From Dehalococcoidia bacterium (GTDB lineage: Bacteria > Chloroflexota > Dehalococcoidia > Lucifugimonadales > UBA3495), in assembly GCA_965243185.1 (NCBI GenBank), contig OZ251531.1, positions 543,665 through 607,664 of the forward strand: a stretch of 64,000 nt of DNA, in the 5' to 3' direction. The translations under genes were made by a program, and so were the position numbers. This document shows, piece after piece, positions 45,204 to 54,322 of this stretch. Numbering within the stretch: position 1 is the stretch's first letter; every line of letters starts with the position of its first letter. Under the pieces are notes generated by a model, which had not been told where the DNA came from, did not search any database, and saw only the letters and a program-made list of their open reading frames with translations.

Positions 45204-46187
45204 ATGCAAAACGAAGTTACCACCATCGCCCAGCGGCCGAACCCCATCGTGGCCCTGTGGCAGCAACCGTTGCTTCAGGCGTTCCTGAACGACCCCATTA
45301 CGCTGATTTCGGCGGTCTTTCTCTTTGTCATCGTTATGGCCGCCGTATTCGCCCCGGTCGCCGCGCCTTATGACCCGCAGAACCAGCAACTGCGCCTGCG
45401 GCATCAGGCGCCGCTGACCACCGGCACCGCGACCAGCCGCACCCCCGAAGGCACCGTGGAGCAAGGCCGCTTTTTCCTGCTCGGCACCGACCACTTGGGC
45501 CGGGACTACCTCAGCCGCCTGATTTACGGCGGCCGCATCTCCATTTCCGTCGGTCTGCTCGGCGTACTGGTCTCCAGCGTTATCGGCGTCTTTCTCGGCA
45601 TTACTGCCGGCTACTACCGGGGCATCCTCGACGATGTGATTATGCGGGCGGTGGACATTTTTATGTCCGTTCCCTTATTGCTGCTGGCCCTGATGGTGTT
45701 GTTCATCCTGGGGCCGAGTTTTACCAACATTATCATCGTCTTTGCCGTGGCCCGTTGGATGCTGTTCTGCCGGGTCAGCCGAGGCGTCGTGCTTTCCCTG
45801 CGGGAACAGGCTTTCGTGGACGCCGCCCGGGCCATTGGCGCCAGTGACGGCCGCATTATCGGCCGCCACATCCTGCCCAATCTGATTACGCCGCTGCTGA
45901 CCCTGGCCGCCTTGGAAGTGCCGCGCAACATCCTGACCGAATCCACCCTCAGCTTCCTCGGCTTCGGCATCCAGCCCCCGGAATCCTCTTGGGGTCTGAT
46001 GCTCTCCCAAGGCCGGGACTATATCGTCACCGCTTGGTGGGTAGTCGTAGTGCCGGGGACGGCGATTTTCCTGACGGCGTTGTCTTTCAACCTCTTTGGC
46101 GTCTGGATGCGGGCGGTCAGCGACCCCTTGCAGCGGTGGCGCTGGCTCAAAGCCACCAAAGAGGCTAAAGAAGCCGGCGTAGGCTGA
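45204..46187 (+). CDS. ABC transporter permease (DppC/OppC-like)
   Basis: OppC_N-like N-terminus (LLQAFLNDPITLISAVFLFVIVMAAVFAPVAAPYDP), LGTDHLGRDYLSRLIYGGRISI, and an EAA-loop region (AARAIGASDGRIIGRHILPN). Confidence 0.85.
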   Translation: MQNEVTTIAQRPNPIVALWQQPLLQAFLNDPITLISAVFLFVIVMAAVFAPVAAPYDPQNQQLRLRHQAPLTTGTATSRTPEGTVEQGRFFLLGTDHLGRDYLSRLIYGGRISISVGLLGVLVSSVIGVFLGITAGYYRGILDDVIMRAVDIFMSVPLLLLALMVLFILGPSFTNIIIVFAVARWMLFCRVSRGVVLSLREQAFVDAARAIGASDGRIIGRHILPNLITPLLTLAALEVPRNILTESTLSFLGFGIQPPESSWGLMLSQGRDYIVTAWWVVVVPGTAIFLTALSFNLFGVWMRAVSDPLQRWRWLKATKEAKEAGVG

Positions 46188-46295
46188 TTACCCGCGCCGT
46201 AAAAGGCTTGCCCCGCCTACCGACAACCGCTGTCGATAGGCCGGGCAATGCAGCCATCCCAAAAGCCCCATACCTTAACGGCGGGAGGCCGCGCG

Positions 46296-46706
46296 ATGGA
46301 AAGGGTATCCATTCAAGAGGCGTCCCGCCGATTACGGATTTCCACGGCCAGCGTCCGGGAGTGCATCCGCGGCGGCGAACTGAACGCCATTCGGGAACCC
46401 GGCGCCAACGGCCGCCCCGGCGGTTGGCTGGTCGAACTGCCGGCAGCCGGCTGGGTCAGCGCCGCCACTGCCGCCGAACTGAACCGGGACTTTTCCCCCT
46501 GGTGGTGGGCTAACCCGGAGCATAGCGGCGAAATCCACTATGTCGAATCCTTGGCCGCCTCCTCCTGGGAGGAAACGGTGCCCAAATTCCTCTGCGGTTA
46601 CGAAAGCGATAACATCTGGGCCGCCCCGGAGCTGTCGGAACTTTCCCTCTGCCTGGAATGTCAAATGCGGGCTATCGAACGCGGCCTGCCCCACGCCAAC
46701 CCGTAG
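46296..46706 (+). CDS. helix-turn-helix (excisionase/MerR-like HTH_17) DNA-binding protein
   Basis: MERVSIQEASRRLRISTASVRECIRGGELNAIRE is a typical HTH_17 N-terminus. GGGAGG RBS lies before ATG 46296. The C-terminal half is uncharacterised, with Cys pairs (FLCGY...LCLEC). Confidence 0.55.
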   Translation: MERVSIQEASRRLRISTASVRECIRGGELNAIREPGANGRPGGWLVELPAAGWVSAATAAELNRDFSPWWWANPEHSGEIHYVESLAASSWEETVPKFLCGYESDNIWAAPELSELSLCLECQMRAIERGLPHANP

Positions 46707-46827
46707 GCGGGGTTTTACCGCCCCCGTAGAGTTACCGGCGCGGCAAAATCCCGTGTCCGTCAGTAGCCCGTGGCTGGTGTGCATTGGTATATAATCCCCC
46801 CTACACGAATTACAAAGGGGGCTGTTG

Positions 46828-48345
46828 ATGACGCAAACCGCAGTGGAAGTAATGCAGTATGAGCTGCTGATTGACGGGGAGTGGCGGGCGGCGGATAGCG
46901 GGGATTATTTCGCGGTGGAGAACCCGGCTACCGGTTACACCGTGGCGCGGATGGCTAATGCCGGGCCGGCGGATGTGGCGGCGGCCGTGGCCGCGGCCGA
47001 ACGGGCCTTTAAGCACGGCCCCTGGGCCACTATGCCTGACGCCGAGCGGGGCAAAATCCTGTGGCGGATGGCGGATTTGGTCGAGGAGCGGCGGATGGAA
47101 TTGGGCCGGCTGGAGTCGATTTCCAACGGGCGGCCCATTTCGGAAACTTCGTCGCAAATGCTGGTGGTCGCCAGTTACTTCCGCTACTTTGCCGGGTTCT
47201 GCGACAAGATTCAGGGTTCGACGGTGCCGACGGACCGGGGACACTTTAACTATACGGTGCGGGTGCCGCTGGGCGTGGTCGGTCAACTTACCCCCTGGAA
47301 TCATCCCTTGATGATTGCGGCCAAGAAACTGGCGCCGGCATTGGCCGCCGGCTGCACGGTGGTGTTGAAACCGTCGGAATGGGCGCCGCTGACCCCTACC
47401 GAAATCGGCAACATTGCTATGGAAGCGGGCTTGCCGCCGGGGGTATTGAACATCGTCAACGGTTTTGGGCCGACGGCGGGCAAAGCGTTGGCGGGAGACC
47501 CGCGCCTGGGCAAACTGGATTTGACCGGCGGCACCGAAACCGGCAAGGCGGTGGCGCAGGTAGCCGGCAGCAACTTGACGCCGCTGCAAGCCGAACTAGG
47601 CGGCAAAGCCCCGGTCATCGTCTTTCCTGACGCCAATTTGGAGGATGCCGTCAACGGCTGCGCTTTTGCCTCTTTCGTGGCCTCGGGGCAGACCTGTATT
47701 CAGGGTTCCCGGGCCGTAGTGCATCGCTCGATTTATGACCAGTTCGTAGCCGGGCTGGCGGCAAAGGCGGCGACCATACGCATCGGCGACCCGACGGATT
47801 TTGAGACGCAGATGGGGCCGGTAGTGTCGAAGCCGGCTTATGAGCGCATAATGGGCTATATCAAAATCGCCCAAGAGGAAGGGGCTGGCGTGGCTGCCGG
47901 CGGCCGCCATCCGGCCGGCGCACAATACGCCAACGGTTACTTTATTCAGCCCACGGTCTTGTCGGAAGTGCGGCCGGAGATGACGGTGGCGCAAGAGGAA
48001 ATCTTTGGCCCGGTGGTGGCGGTAATCCCCTTTGACACCGAGGATGAGGCCATAGCCATTGCCAACGACATTCCCTACGGCTTGGGCTGCTCCATCTGGA
48101 CGCGGGATGTGGCCCGGGCGCACCGGGTCGCGCGGGAAGTGGTAGCCGGGATAATCTGGATTAACGACCATCACCGCCTGCACCCGGCAACACCGTGGGG
48201 CGGGTTCAAGGACAGCGGCTACGGGCGGGAAGGGAGTTTCGACTTCATCCACGAATACACCGCGCCCAAGTATGTGTGCGTGCGGGTCGAGCCGCAGGGC
48301 TTTGACTGGTACGCGGCTACCGGGCCGGGGCAGCGGCTGAATTAG
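46828..48345 (+). CDS. NAD(P)+-dependent aldehyde dehydrogenase
   Basis: GVVGQLTPWNHPL, LKPSEWAPLT, ELGGKAPVIVFPDA, FASGQTCIQGSRAVV (catalytic Cys), EEIFGPV. Full-length ALDH family. Confidence 0.9.
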   Translation: MTQTAVEVMQYELLIDGEWRAADSGDYFAVENPATGYTVARMANAGPADVAAAVAAAERAFKHGPWATMPDAERGKILWRMADLVEERRMELGRLESISNGRPISETSSQMLVVASYFRYFAGFCDKIQGSTVPTDRGHFNYTVRVPLGVVGQLTPWNHPLMIAAKKLAPALAAGCTVVLKPSEWAPLTPTEIGNIAMEAGLPPGVLNIVNGFGPTAGKALAGDPRLGKLDLTGGTETGKAVAQVAGSNLTPLQAELGGKAPVIVFPDANLEDAVNGCAFASFVASGQTCIQGSRAVVHRSIYDQFVAGLAAKAATIRIGDPTDFETQMGPVVSKPAYERIMGYIKIAQEEGAGVAAGGRHPAGAQYANGYFIQPTVLSEVRPEMTVAQEEIFGPVVAVIPFDTEDEAIAIANDIPYGLGCSIWTRDVARAHRVAREVVAGIIWINDHHRLHPATPWGGFKDSGYGREGSFDFIHEYTAPKYVCVRVEPQGFDWYAATGPGQRLN

Positions 48346-48628
48346 CGGGCCTTGGCGGGGCGATGGTCGGCAAAGGTCGTGACCGCCACCTTTCATCCGG
48401 CAATAGTTTTCCCTTTCCCCCGGCTATATAGCCTGCCAGTAGCAGTGCCTGCTCCCGGGACAGCCCCGATTGCGCCTACCGGATAATTGCCGGTTAGAAC
48501 CGCCATCCCCGTTGGTACGGTTGGATAGGGTTTTCCTTATTGGCCGGTTTTAGGGTAAAATAGGGCGGGCGGTTGGCGGCGAACCGGAACCGGAGTTTAT
48601 CAGCAGCAAAGGCCGGCGGGAGGACGGA

Positions 48629-49993
48629 ATGGCGGAACTACACAGCTTGGGCGTCAGTGATGCGGCCGATTTGATGCGGCGGGGGGAACTGTCGCCGGTA
48701 GATTACACGGCGGCGTTGCTGGAACGGATTGACGCTTACGAACCGGACTTGCAGGCGTGGGTAACCGTGGACCGGGAGGGGGCTATGGCCGCCGCCCGCC
48801 AGCGGGAGCAGGAATTGGCGGCCGGGCAGACGCCGGGTATCCTTTATGGCGTACCGCTGGGGTTGAAGGATATTTTTTACACGGCGGGGCTGCGGACTAC
48901 GGCCTGCTCCCGGATTTACGCCGACTTTGTGCCGGAATATGACGCGACTTGCGTTGCCCGGTTGAAAGCGGCCGGGGCGGTCATTCTGGGCAAGGCGGTA
49001 ACTACGGAATTCGCCACCTCCGACCCGTCGCCCACGCGGAATCCCTGGAACTTTGAGCATACCCCGGGCGGGTCGAGCAGCGGGTCATCGGTAGCGGTAG
49101 CGGTCGGAATGTGTCCCGGGGCCTTGGGGTCGCAGACCGGCGGCTCCACTTGCCGGCCGGCGGCCTATAACGGCATTGTGGGACTGAAACCCACTTACGG
49201 ACGCATCAGCTGCCACGGAGTAGTGCCGGTAAGCTGGTCCCTGGATACGGTGGGCATTCTGACGCGGCGGGTCAATGACGCGGCTTTGTTGCTACAAGCA
49301 ATGGCGGGGTATGATGAACAAGACCCGGGTTCGGCAAGGGGGCCGGTGCCGGATTATTCAGGGGAAATGAACCGGTTTGCCGGGCCGCCGCGCTTGGGGT
49401 TGCTGAACAAAGGGTACTTTTTTGAGCGGGCAACGGCCGAGGTACGGCGGCATACTGAAGCGGCGGCGGAGCGGTTGGCGCAGGCTGGAGCGGTGATTGA
49501 GGAGTTGGAACTGCCCGCCAGTTTCGCTACGGCGTTGGGCGACCAGCGGGTGGTGATGAATGTCGAGTGCGCGGCCTTTCATCAGGATTGGTTTCGCGAG
49601 CGGGCGGCGGAATATGGGCCGCGGCTACGGGGAAACATCGAGCAGGGGCTGGCAGTATCCGGGGTAAGTTATGGGCAAGCGCAGCAGCGGCGGCGGCAGT
49701 TGCGGCCGGATCTGACCGCCTTGGCGCAAGGAGTGGATGGGCTGCTGACGCCGGCAACGCCCGCTCCGGCGCCGCGGGACTTGAACACTACCGGAGATGC
49801 GGCATTTCAAGCGCCGTGGACTTCGGCGGGGCTGCCGACCATTGTAGTGCCATCCGGATTGGCGGCGGACGGGCTGCCCTTGGGCATCCAATTAGCGGCC
49901 GAACCTTTTGCCGAGGGGCGGCTGCTGGGCGTGGCCGCTTGGTGCGCGGCGGCGCTGGGCGTGGAGCTGCGGCCCGGGGGATTTTGGGGTTAA
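48629..49993 (+). CDS. amidase (amidase-signature family, GatA-like)
   Basis: GVPLGLKDIFYTAGLRTTACS...GGSSSGSSVAVAVGMCPGALGSQTGGSTCRPAAYNGIVGLKPTYGRIS is the AS-family Ser-cisSer-Lys signature. Confidence 0.9.
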   Translation: MAELHSLGVSDAADLMRRGELSPVDYTAALLERIDAYEPDLQAWVTVDREGAMAAARQREQELAAGQTPGILYGVPLGLKDIFYTAGLRTTACSRIYADFVPEYDATCVARLKAAGAVILGKAVTTEFATSDPSPTRNPWNFEHTPGGSSSGSSVAVAVGMCPGALGSQTGGSTCRPAAYNGIVGLKPTYGRISCHGVVPVSWSLDTVGILTRRVNDAALLLQAMAGYDEQDPGSARGPVPDYSGEMNRFAGPPRLGLLNKGYFFERATAEVRRHTEAAAERLAQAGAVIEELELPASFATALGDQRVVMNVECAAFHQDWFRERAAEYGPRLRGNIEQGLAVSGVSYGQAQQRRRQLRPDLTALAQGVDGLLTPATPAPAPRDLNTTGDAAFQAPWTSAGLPTIVVPSGLAADGLPLGIQLAAEPFAEGRLLGVAAWCAAALGVELRPGGFWG

Positions 49994-50012
49994 GACGCAA
50001 GGGAGTTGGAGA

Positions 50013-50792
50013 ATGACGGAACGGTTTCTGCCCGGCGTGCCGGGCGATGAAATTATGGAGCTGCTTAAAAAGGCTCCGGGCAATGAACACGAAAGGCTGG
50101 ACAGCCCCCGGTCCTCGGCGGCCTTGGCGGTGAATGTGTTCGGTTACTTCCTGAGCCGCCCCAAGGAATTGCCGGAATTGCCGGGCTGCGGCGATGCCCG
50201 TTGGCCGGCGGAGTACCTGACGGTGGAAAAGGAGTTGCGGTTGCCCTTAAAGGGGCGGTGGCATCCCCATCCCGATGTGGTGGTAGCGACGCCGACGACC
50301 CTGATCGGCATCGAGTCCAAGCGGTTTGAGCCGTTCGACGGAAAGGGGAATAAGGTCCAAAAATTGGCCGATTCCTACTGGAGCAAAGAGGCAGAGCTGT
50401 GGGGAAAACAGATGCGGGGCTATGCGCGGGTGCGGGACCAGCTGCGGGACCACCGGGGCCGTATCTACTCCCTGAATGCGGCGCAGCTGTTCAAGCACGC
50501 TTTGGGATTGCGGGCGGCAGTGCAGAACGGCGGAGCCTATCCCGGGCTGCGGCCAATCCTCTTTTACATCTACGCCGAACCGGAGCGTTGGCCGGAGGGC
50601 GGCGAAAAAATTGCGGCGGCGGCCTTGGCCCGGCACCGAGAGGAGATCGACGCCTTTGCCAAAGAAGTAGCAAACGACGAGGTAAAATTCGTATCCTGTT
50701 CCTACCGGGAACTGCTGGAGGAATGGGTCGGCCAAGGGACGGCGGCCGTAAGCCGCCACGCCGCCCAAGCGTTAGTGCGGTTTGCGCCGTAA
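50013..50792 (+). CDS. hypothetical protein with PD-(D/E)xK nuclease-like core
   Basis: GGGAG RBS lies before ATG 50013, 20 nt after the amidase stop. SSAALAVNVFGYF...HPDVVVATPTTLIGIESKRFEPF gives a D...E-x-K arrangement. No other recognisable domain. The call is inference only. Confidence 0.45.
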   Translation: MTERFLPGVPGDEIMELLKKAPGNEHERLDSPRSSAALAVNVFGYFLSRPKELPELPGCGDARWPAEYLTVEKELRLPLKGRWHPHPDVVVATPTTLIGIESKRFEPFDGKGNKVQKLADSYWSKEAELWGKQMRGYARVRDQLRDHRGRIYSLNAAQLFKHALGLRAAVQNGGAYPGLRPILFYIYAEPERWPEGGEKIAAAALARHREEIDAFAKEVANDEVKFVSCSYRELLEEWVGQGTAAVSRHAAQALVRFAP

Positions 50793-50799
50793 GCCGGGG

Positions 50800-51789
50800 T
50801 TAAACTTCAGTTTCCAGCAGCACCTTGCGGTCGGCCAAGGGAATATCGGCGCGTATGTCTGAGGGTAGTTTGTCATAAGTGTCGACAAGATTCTTGATGA
50901 GTTCCTCGGAACCCCACAAGCGTATCTGAAAGAAAGACCGCTCGTTTTCGCGGCGTACCGCGCGGGTAAATTCGCTGAGGCTGACCAGCAAACCGTGGTT
51001 GGCGCTGAAACTGGTAATGTTGCCCTGGAGCCGGTCGTAGTCAGGCAAATCCACCGGAGAGCTGCCGGATTTTACCTGGACGCATAACCGGGGTTCGGCA
51101 AAGCCCATTTCCCCTTTGCCGGCGACGATGTCAATACCCCCATCAGCGCCGCGCCGGGTTTGCAAGGTAGTGTAGCCTTGGGCTTTGAGAATCTCCTCGA
51201 CCAGATACTCCAAACGGTGACCGGTGAATTTCTGACGGATGCGCTCGACGATTTGGTCGGAGATAGCCTCCGGCAGGTCGAAAGCACTGGGTTCATCCTC
51301 AGCAATATCGGGCGGGGGAGTTGATACGGCGGGCGGTAGCTCGCCAAGATGCTGGCGGACCACCGCGTCAATACGCTCTTGGCAGTTGGTGCGATTGACC
51401 TGGAAAACGGTCAGCTTTCCGCCGAAGCTATACAGCAAATCCTGGTCAAAGCTGATGCGGGGGATGTCCACCGCCGCCCATTCTACCGGCCGGATATGGG
51501 GATAGGACCAATCGGGTTCATAGCGGTACGGCCCGGTTATGCGGCCAACGGCAACTACCTTGTATTGCTTACGCGGCAATACCACCGTCTCCCCTACTTG
51601 CACCTCGTGGGCAAACCGCCACAGTTGCCCGGCCGCATGAGGGCCGCGGGCGTACTCGCGCAGAGCCTCCCGGCTGGGAAACTCGGTTACGCCTTTCGGC
51701 AACTCAAAATCAATGCCGGCAACGCTATTGTCAATAGCGAATTCCTCAAACTCACCCTGCCGGCCAGCCCGTACTACCCAAACTGCCAT
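50800..51789 (-). CDS. Mrr-like restriction endonuclease (C-terminal Mrr_cat) with an uncharacterised N-terminal domain
   Basis: C-terminus LEYLVEEILKAQGYTTLQTRRGADGGIDIVAGKG...RLCVQVKSGSSPV...GLLVSLSEFT matches the Mrr catalytic core (D..D-x-QVK). The first ~150 aa (VWVVRAGRQGEFEEFAIDNSVAGIDF...) are not the usual Mrr_N. GGAGAGGAGAGG RBS. Lower GC than the surroundings. Confidence 0.7.
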   Translation of the reverse strand: MAVWVVRAGRQGEFEEFAIDNSVAGIDFELPKGVTEFPSREALREYARGPHAAGQLWRFAHEVQVGETVVLPRKQYKVVAVGRITGPYRYEPDWSYPHIRPVEWAAVDIPRISFDQDLLYSFGGKLTVFQVNRTNCQERIDAVVRQHLGELPPAVSTPPPDIAEDEPSAFDLPEAISDQIVERIRQKFTGHRLEYLVEEILKAQGYTTLQTRRGADGGIDIVAGKGEMGFAEPRLCVQVKSGSSPVDLPDYDRLQGNITSFSANHGLLVSLSEFTRAVRRENERSFFQIRLWGSEELIKNLVDTYDKLPSDIRADIPLADRKVLLETEV

Positions 51790-51819
51790 GTTGATACCTC
51801 TCCTCTCCAGTGTTTAGCC

Positions 51820-51828
51820 AGTATAGCA
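51820..51828 (-). promoter_or_regulatory. extended -10-like element (TGCTATACT on the minus strand) upstream of the Mrr-like gene
   Basis: The reverse complement of agtatagca is tgctatact, ~30 nt upstream of ATG 51789. Confidence 0.4.
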
Positions 51829-52035
51829 AGATGGCAAAGGGATGGCAAACGGAACCCACCTGCGAAAAGAAAGTCCGCGTCCGCCACCGCTAACCCTGGC
51901 AACCCCAAAGGGGCGGCATCCATCCCCAAACTCAAAGTTTTGAGAGGGCGCGGGGGAACTTTATGTGACAGTTCCTCCGCCGTAACCCGTCTCCACCAAT
52001 TTTCCGCATTCCCGAAAATTCATCCAAATTACCCC

Positions 52036-52064
52036 TTGACAAATTCCCAAACCATCCCCATAAT
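52036..52064 (+). promoter_or_regulatory. sigma70-type promoter of the repeated non-coding element (copy 2)
   Basis: TTGACA (52036-52041), 17-nt spacer, CATAAT (52059-52064); the positional homolog of 18548-18577. Confidence 0.6.
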
Positions 52065-52070
52065 AAAAAG

Positions 52071-52546
52071 CGTCAAGGTTGACCTGACCCCGGGACGCCG
52101 GGTTCTTACGCTAAGCTTACCGTAAAACTTAATAGCTCCTCACAGCGCGCTGTGGGCCCCGGCCGGCCCTAAACCCGCCGCCGGACGCCTCAATACTCCT
52201 CCCCCGGGGAAACGGACTAAGGCCCCGTAATCCCCAACCGGAGCAGCGGCCAACGGCAAATCCCACCCGCCGCACCAACCGCGCCCCATCCCAAAGGAGT
52301 CGGAGCAACCCAGGTTGACTGGAGAACGGTCAACCGCGGTCGCAACACCGGGCCAACCCGCCGGCATGGCAACCATACCAACCGGCGCCAGTAGCCAACT
52401 CAAGGTCAAGCAACCGTAATCGGCAATCTGGCCGGGCAAAGCCGGCATGATGTAGCCAGCTGACCAACCGGTGTTTGGCAACCCACATGGCCAGACCTGC
52501 CAACCCTTCTCCCGACAAGGCGGAAACCGCGGCCGCGGTTTCCGCC
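52071..52546 (+). ncRNA. candidate large structured ncRNA, unclassified (copy 2 of 2)
   Basis: Aligns end to end with 18584-19065, including an identical ~105-nt core and the same terminal palindrome (52519-52546). Homology starts upstream at 51924. No tandem 32-bp array follows. Confidence 0.4.
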
Positions 52547-52641
52547 AAAACCGGTATCCCCCACCCCATATCCCCCCTAGCCAATCCCCCGCCGGTTAGT
52601 TACAATTTTAACTAATCTTTAATCAAGGGGGCGGCGCCGTT

Positions 52642-53634
52642 ATGAGCAAACCGAAAGTTTTCATCACCCGCCGGATTACTCCGGAGTCCCTGGACTTGAT
52701 TGCCGCCGCCGCCACTATGGAAGTGTGGCCCGACGACGCCCCGCCCGCCCCGGCAATCCTGCGGGCCAAGGCCGCCGCCGTGGACGGCTTGCTCACCAAC
52801 ATTATGGACCGGGTGGACGCCCCCCTGCTGGACGCCGCGCCCCGGCTGAAAGTCCTCAGTCAGGTTGCCGTGGGCTTGGACAATGTGGATGTGGCGGCGG
52901 CGACCCGGCGCGGCCTGCCGGTCGGCTACACCCCCGGCGTTCTGGCCAAAGCCACCGCCGATTTGGCCTTTGCCCTCTTGCTGGCCGCCGCCCGGCGCGT
53001 CGGCGAAAGCGAGCGTTGGGTGCGGGCCGGCCAGTGGACTTTGGCATTTCATCCCCTGCGCTGGCTGGGCGTCGATGTTCACGACCGCACCTTGGGCATC
53101 ATCGGCTTGGGGCAGATTGGCTTGGAAATGGCCAAGCGCGGCCGGGGGTTTGACCTGCAAATCCTCTACCATTCCCGCACCCGCCGCCCGGAACTGGAAA
53201 CCCGCTACGGCTTGACTTGGGCCTCCCGGGACGACCTGCTTTCCCAATCCGACTTTGTCTCCTTGCACCTGCCTTTGACCCCGGAAACCCGCCACTACAT
53301 CGGCGCGGCGGAACTGGCCTTGATGAAACCCACCGCCGTACTGGTCAACGCCGCCCGCGGCCCGGTAGTCGATTCCGCCGCCCTCTACGCCGCCCTGCAA
53401 TCGGGACGCCTTTACGCCGCCGGCCTCGATGTTACCGACCCGGAACCCATCCCTCCCGATGACCCTTTGCTGACCTTGGAGAATGTGGTCATCGCCCCCC
53501 ATATCGGCAGCGCATCGGCGGACTCCCGGGGCGCAATGTGCCTATTGGCTGCCCGCAATCTCATCGCCGGTCTGGAGGGCCGCCCCTTGGAACAGTGCGC
53601 CAACCCGGAAGTGTACCGCCATCGGGAAAAGTAG
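52642..53634 (+). CDS. D-isomer-specific 2-hydroxyacid dehydrogenase (glyoxylate/hydroxypyruvate reductase-like)
   Basis: KVFITRRI...RTLGIIGLGQIGLEMAKR (NAD-binding GxGxxG)...LVNAARGPVVD...VVIAPHIGSAS. Confidence 0.9.
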   Translation: MSKPKVFITRRITPESLDLIAAAATMEVWPDDAPPAPAILRAKAAAVDGLLTNIMDRVDAPLLDAAPRLKVLSQVAVGLDNVDVAAATRRGLPVGYTPGVLAKATADLAFALLLAAARRVGESERWVRAGQWTLAFHPLRWLGVDVHDRTLGIIGLGQIGLEMAKRGRGFDLQILYHSRTRRPELETRYGLTWASRDDLLSQSDFVSLHLPLTPETRHYIGAAELALMKPTAVLVNAARGPVVDSAALYAALQSGRLYAAGLDVTDPEPIPPDDPLLTLENVVIAPHIGSASADSRGAMCLLAARNLIAGLEGRPLEQCANPEVYRHREK

Positions 53635-53685
53635 CCCGCGGCCGGGCTGACGCCCCATCCTGAACTGAACTGCAAGGAGCCAACA

Positions 53686-54282
53686 ATGCGGAAACGCAAC
53701 CTGCTGCTAATCGCCGGCGGCATCATCCTGATACCGGTTTTGGGCTTGGCTTGGTGGCTGCTGTCTCCCCTGTTCCTCAACCAAACCGTGGCCGAGGATT
53801 TCCCCCGGGCCGCCAACGCCGTAATCCCGCCCGATAAGACTATGGCCCAAGTCGAGGCGGAAATGCGGGCTATGGAAACCGCCGACCAGCCGGTCACGCC
53901 GGAGGCAATGCCGGCGGCCGCCGGCCCCATCGCCATTGCCGCCGGCAACTTCCGGGACGCCGATTCCTTTCATCGCGGCCGCGGCACCGCTACCATCTAC
54001 CGCAACGCCGACGGCTCCCATATCCTGCGCTTCGAGGATTTCCGCGTAACCAACGGCCCGGATTTGCGCGTGCTGTTGGCGCAAGCCCCCGACCCGCAAA
54101 GCCGTCAGGAACTGCACGCCGCCGACTATGTCCACCTGGCGCCGCTCAAGGGCAATATCGGCAGCCAGAACTATCCCATACCTGCGGAAGTTGCCCCGGC
54201 GGCGCAAGGCGGCAGCGTCATCATCTACTGCCAGCCCTTTCAAGTAATTTTCAGCGTCGCCCCGTTGGCGCCGGTGAACTAA
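53686..54282 (+). CDS. DM13 domain protein with N-terminal membrane anchor
   Basis: N-terminal TM LLLIAGGIILIPVLGLAWWLL. GNFRDADSFHRGRGTATIYRNADGSHILRFEDFRVTNGPDLRVLLA...GSVIIYCQPFQVIFSVA is the DM13 pattern. Confidence 0.75.
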   Translation: MRKRNLLLIAGGIILIPVLGLAWWLLSPLFLNQTVAEDFPRAANAVIPPDKTMAQVEAEMRAMETADQPVTPEAMPAAAGPIAIAAGNFRDADSFHRGRGTATIYRNADGSHILRFEDFRVTNGPDLRVLLAQAPDPQSRQELHAADYVHLAPLKGNIGSQNYPIPAEVAPAAQGGSVIIYCQPFQVIFSVAPLAPVN

Positions 54283-54304
54283 TGGCGGCGGGGCGGCCGC
54301 CATT
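54281..54304. terminator. hairpin between convergent DM13 and glycosyltransferase genes
   Basis: aatggcggc (54281-54289), loop ggggcg, gccgccatt (54296-54304). Confidence 0.45.
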
Positions 54305-54322
54305 AGCGGGAAAGGGGCGGCC

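Noticed and set aside
18437-52558. The 33.5-kb segment bracketed by the two direct copies of the 640-bp element, considered as an excisable or mobile unit.
   Set aside because: The interval contains single-copy essential-type genes (rsmH, ftsA, ftsZ, nrdR, nrdJ). There is no integrase or recombinase, so excision would be lethal. The repeats are better explained as a dispersed gene family.
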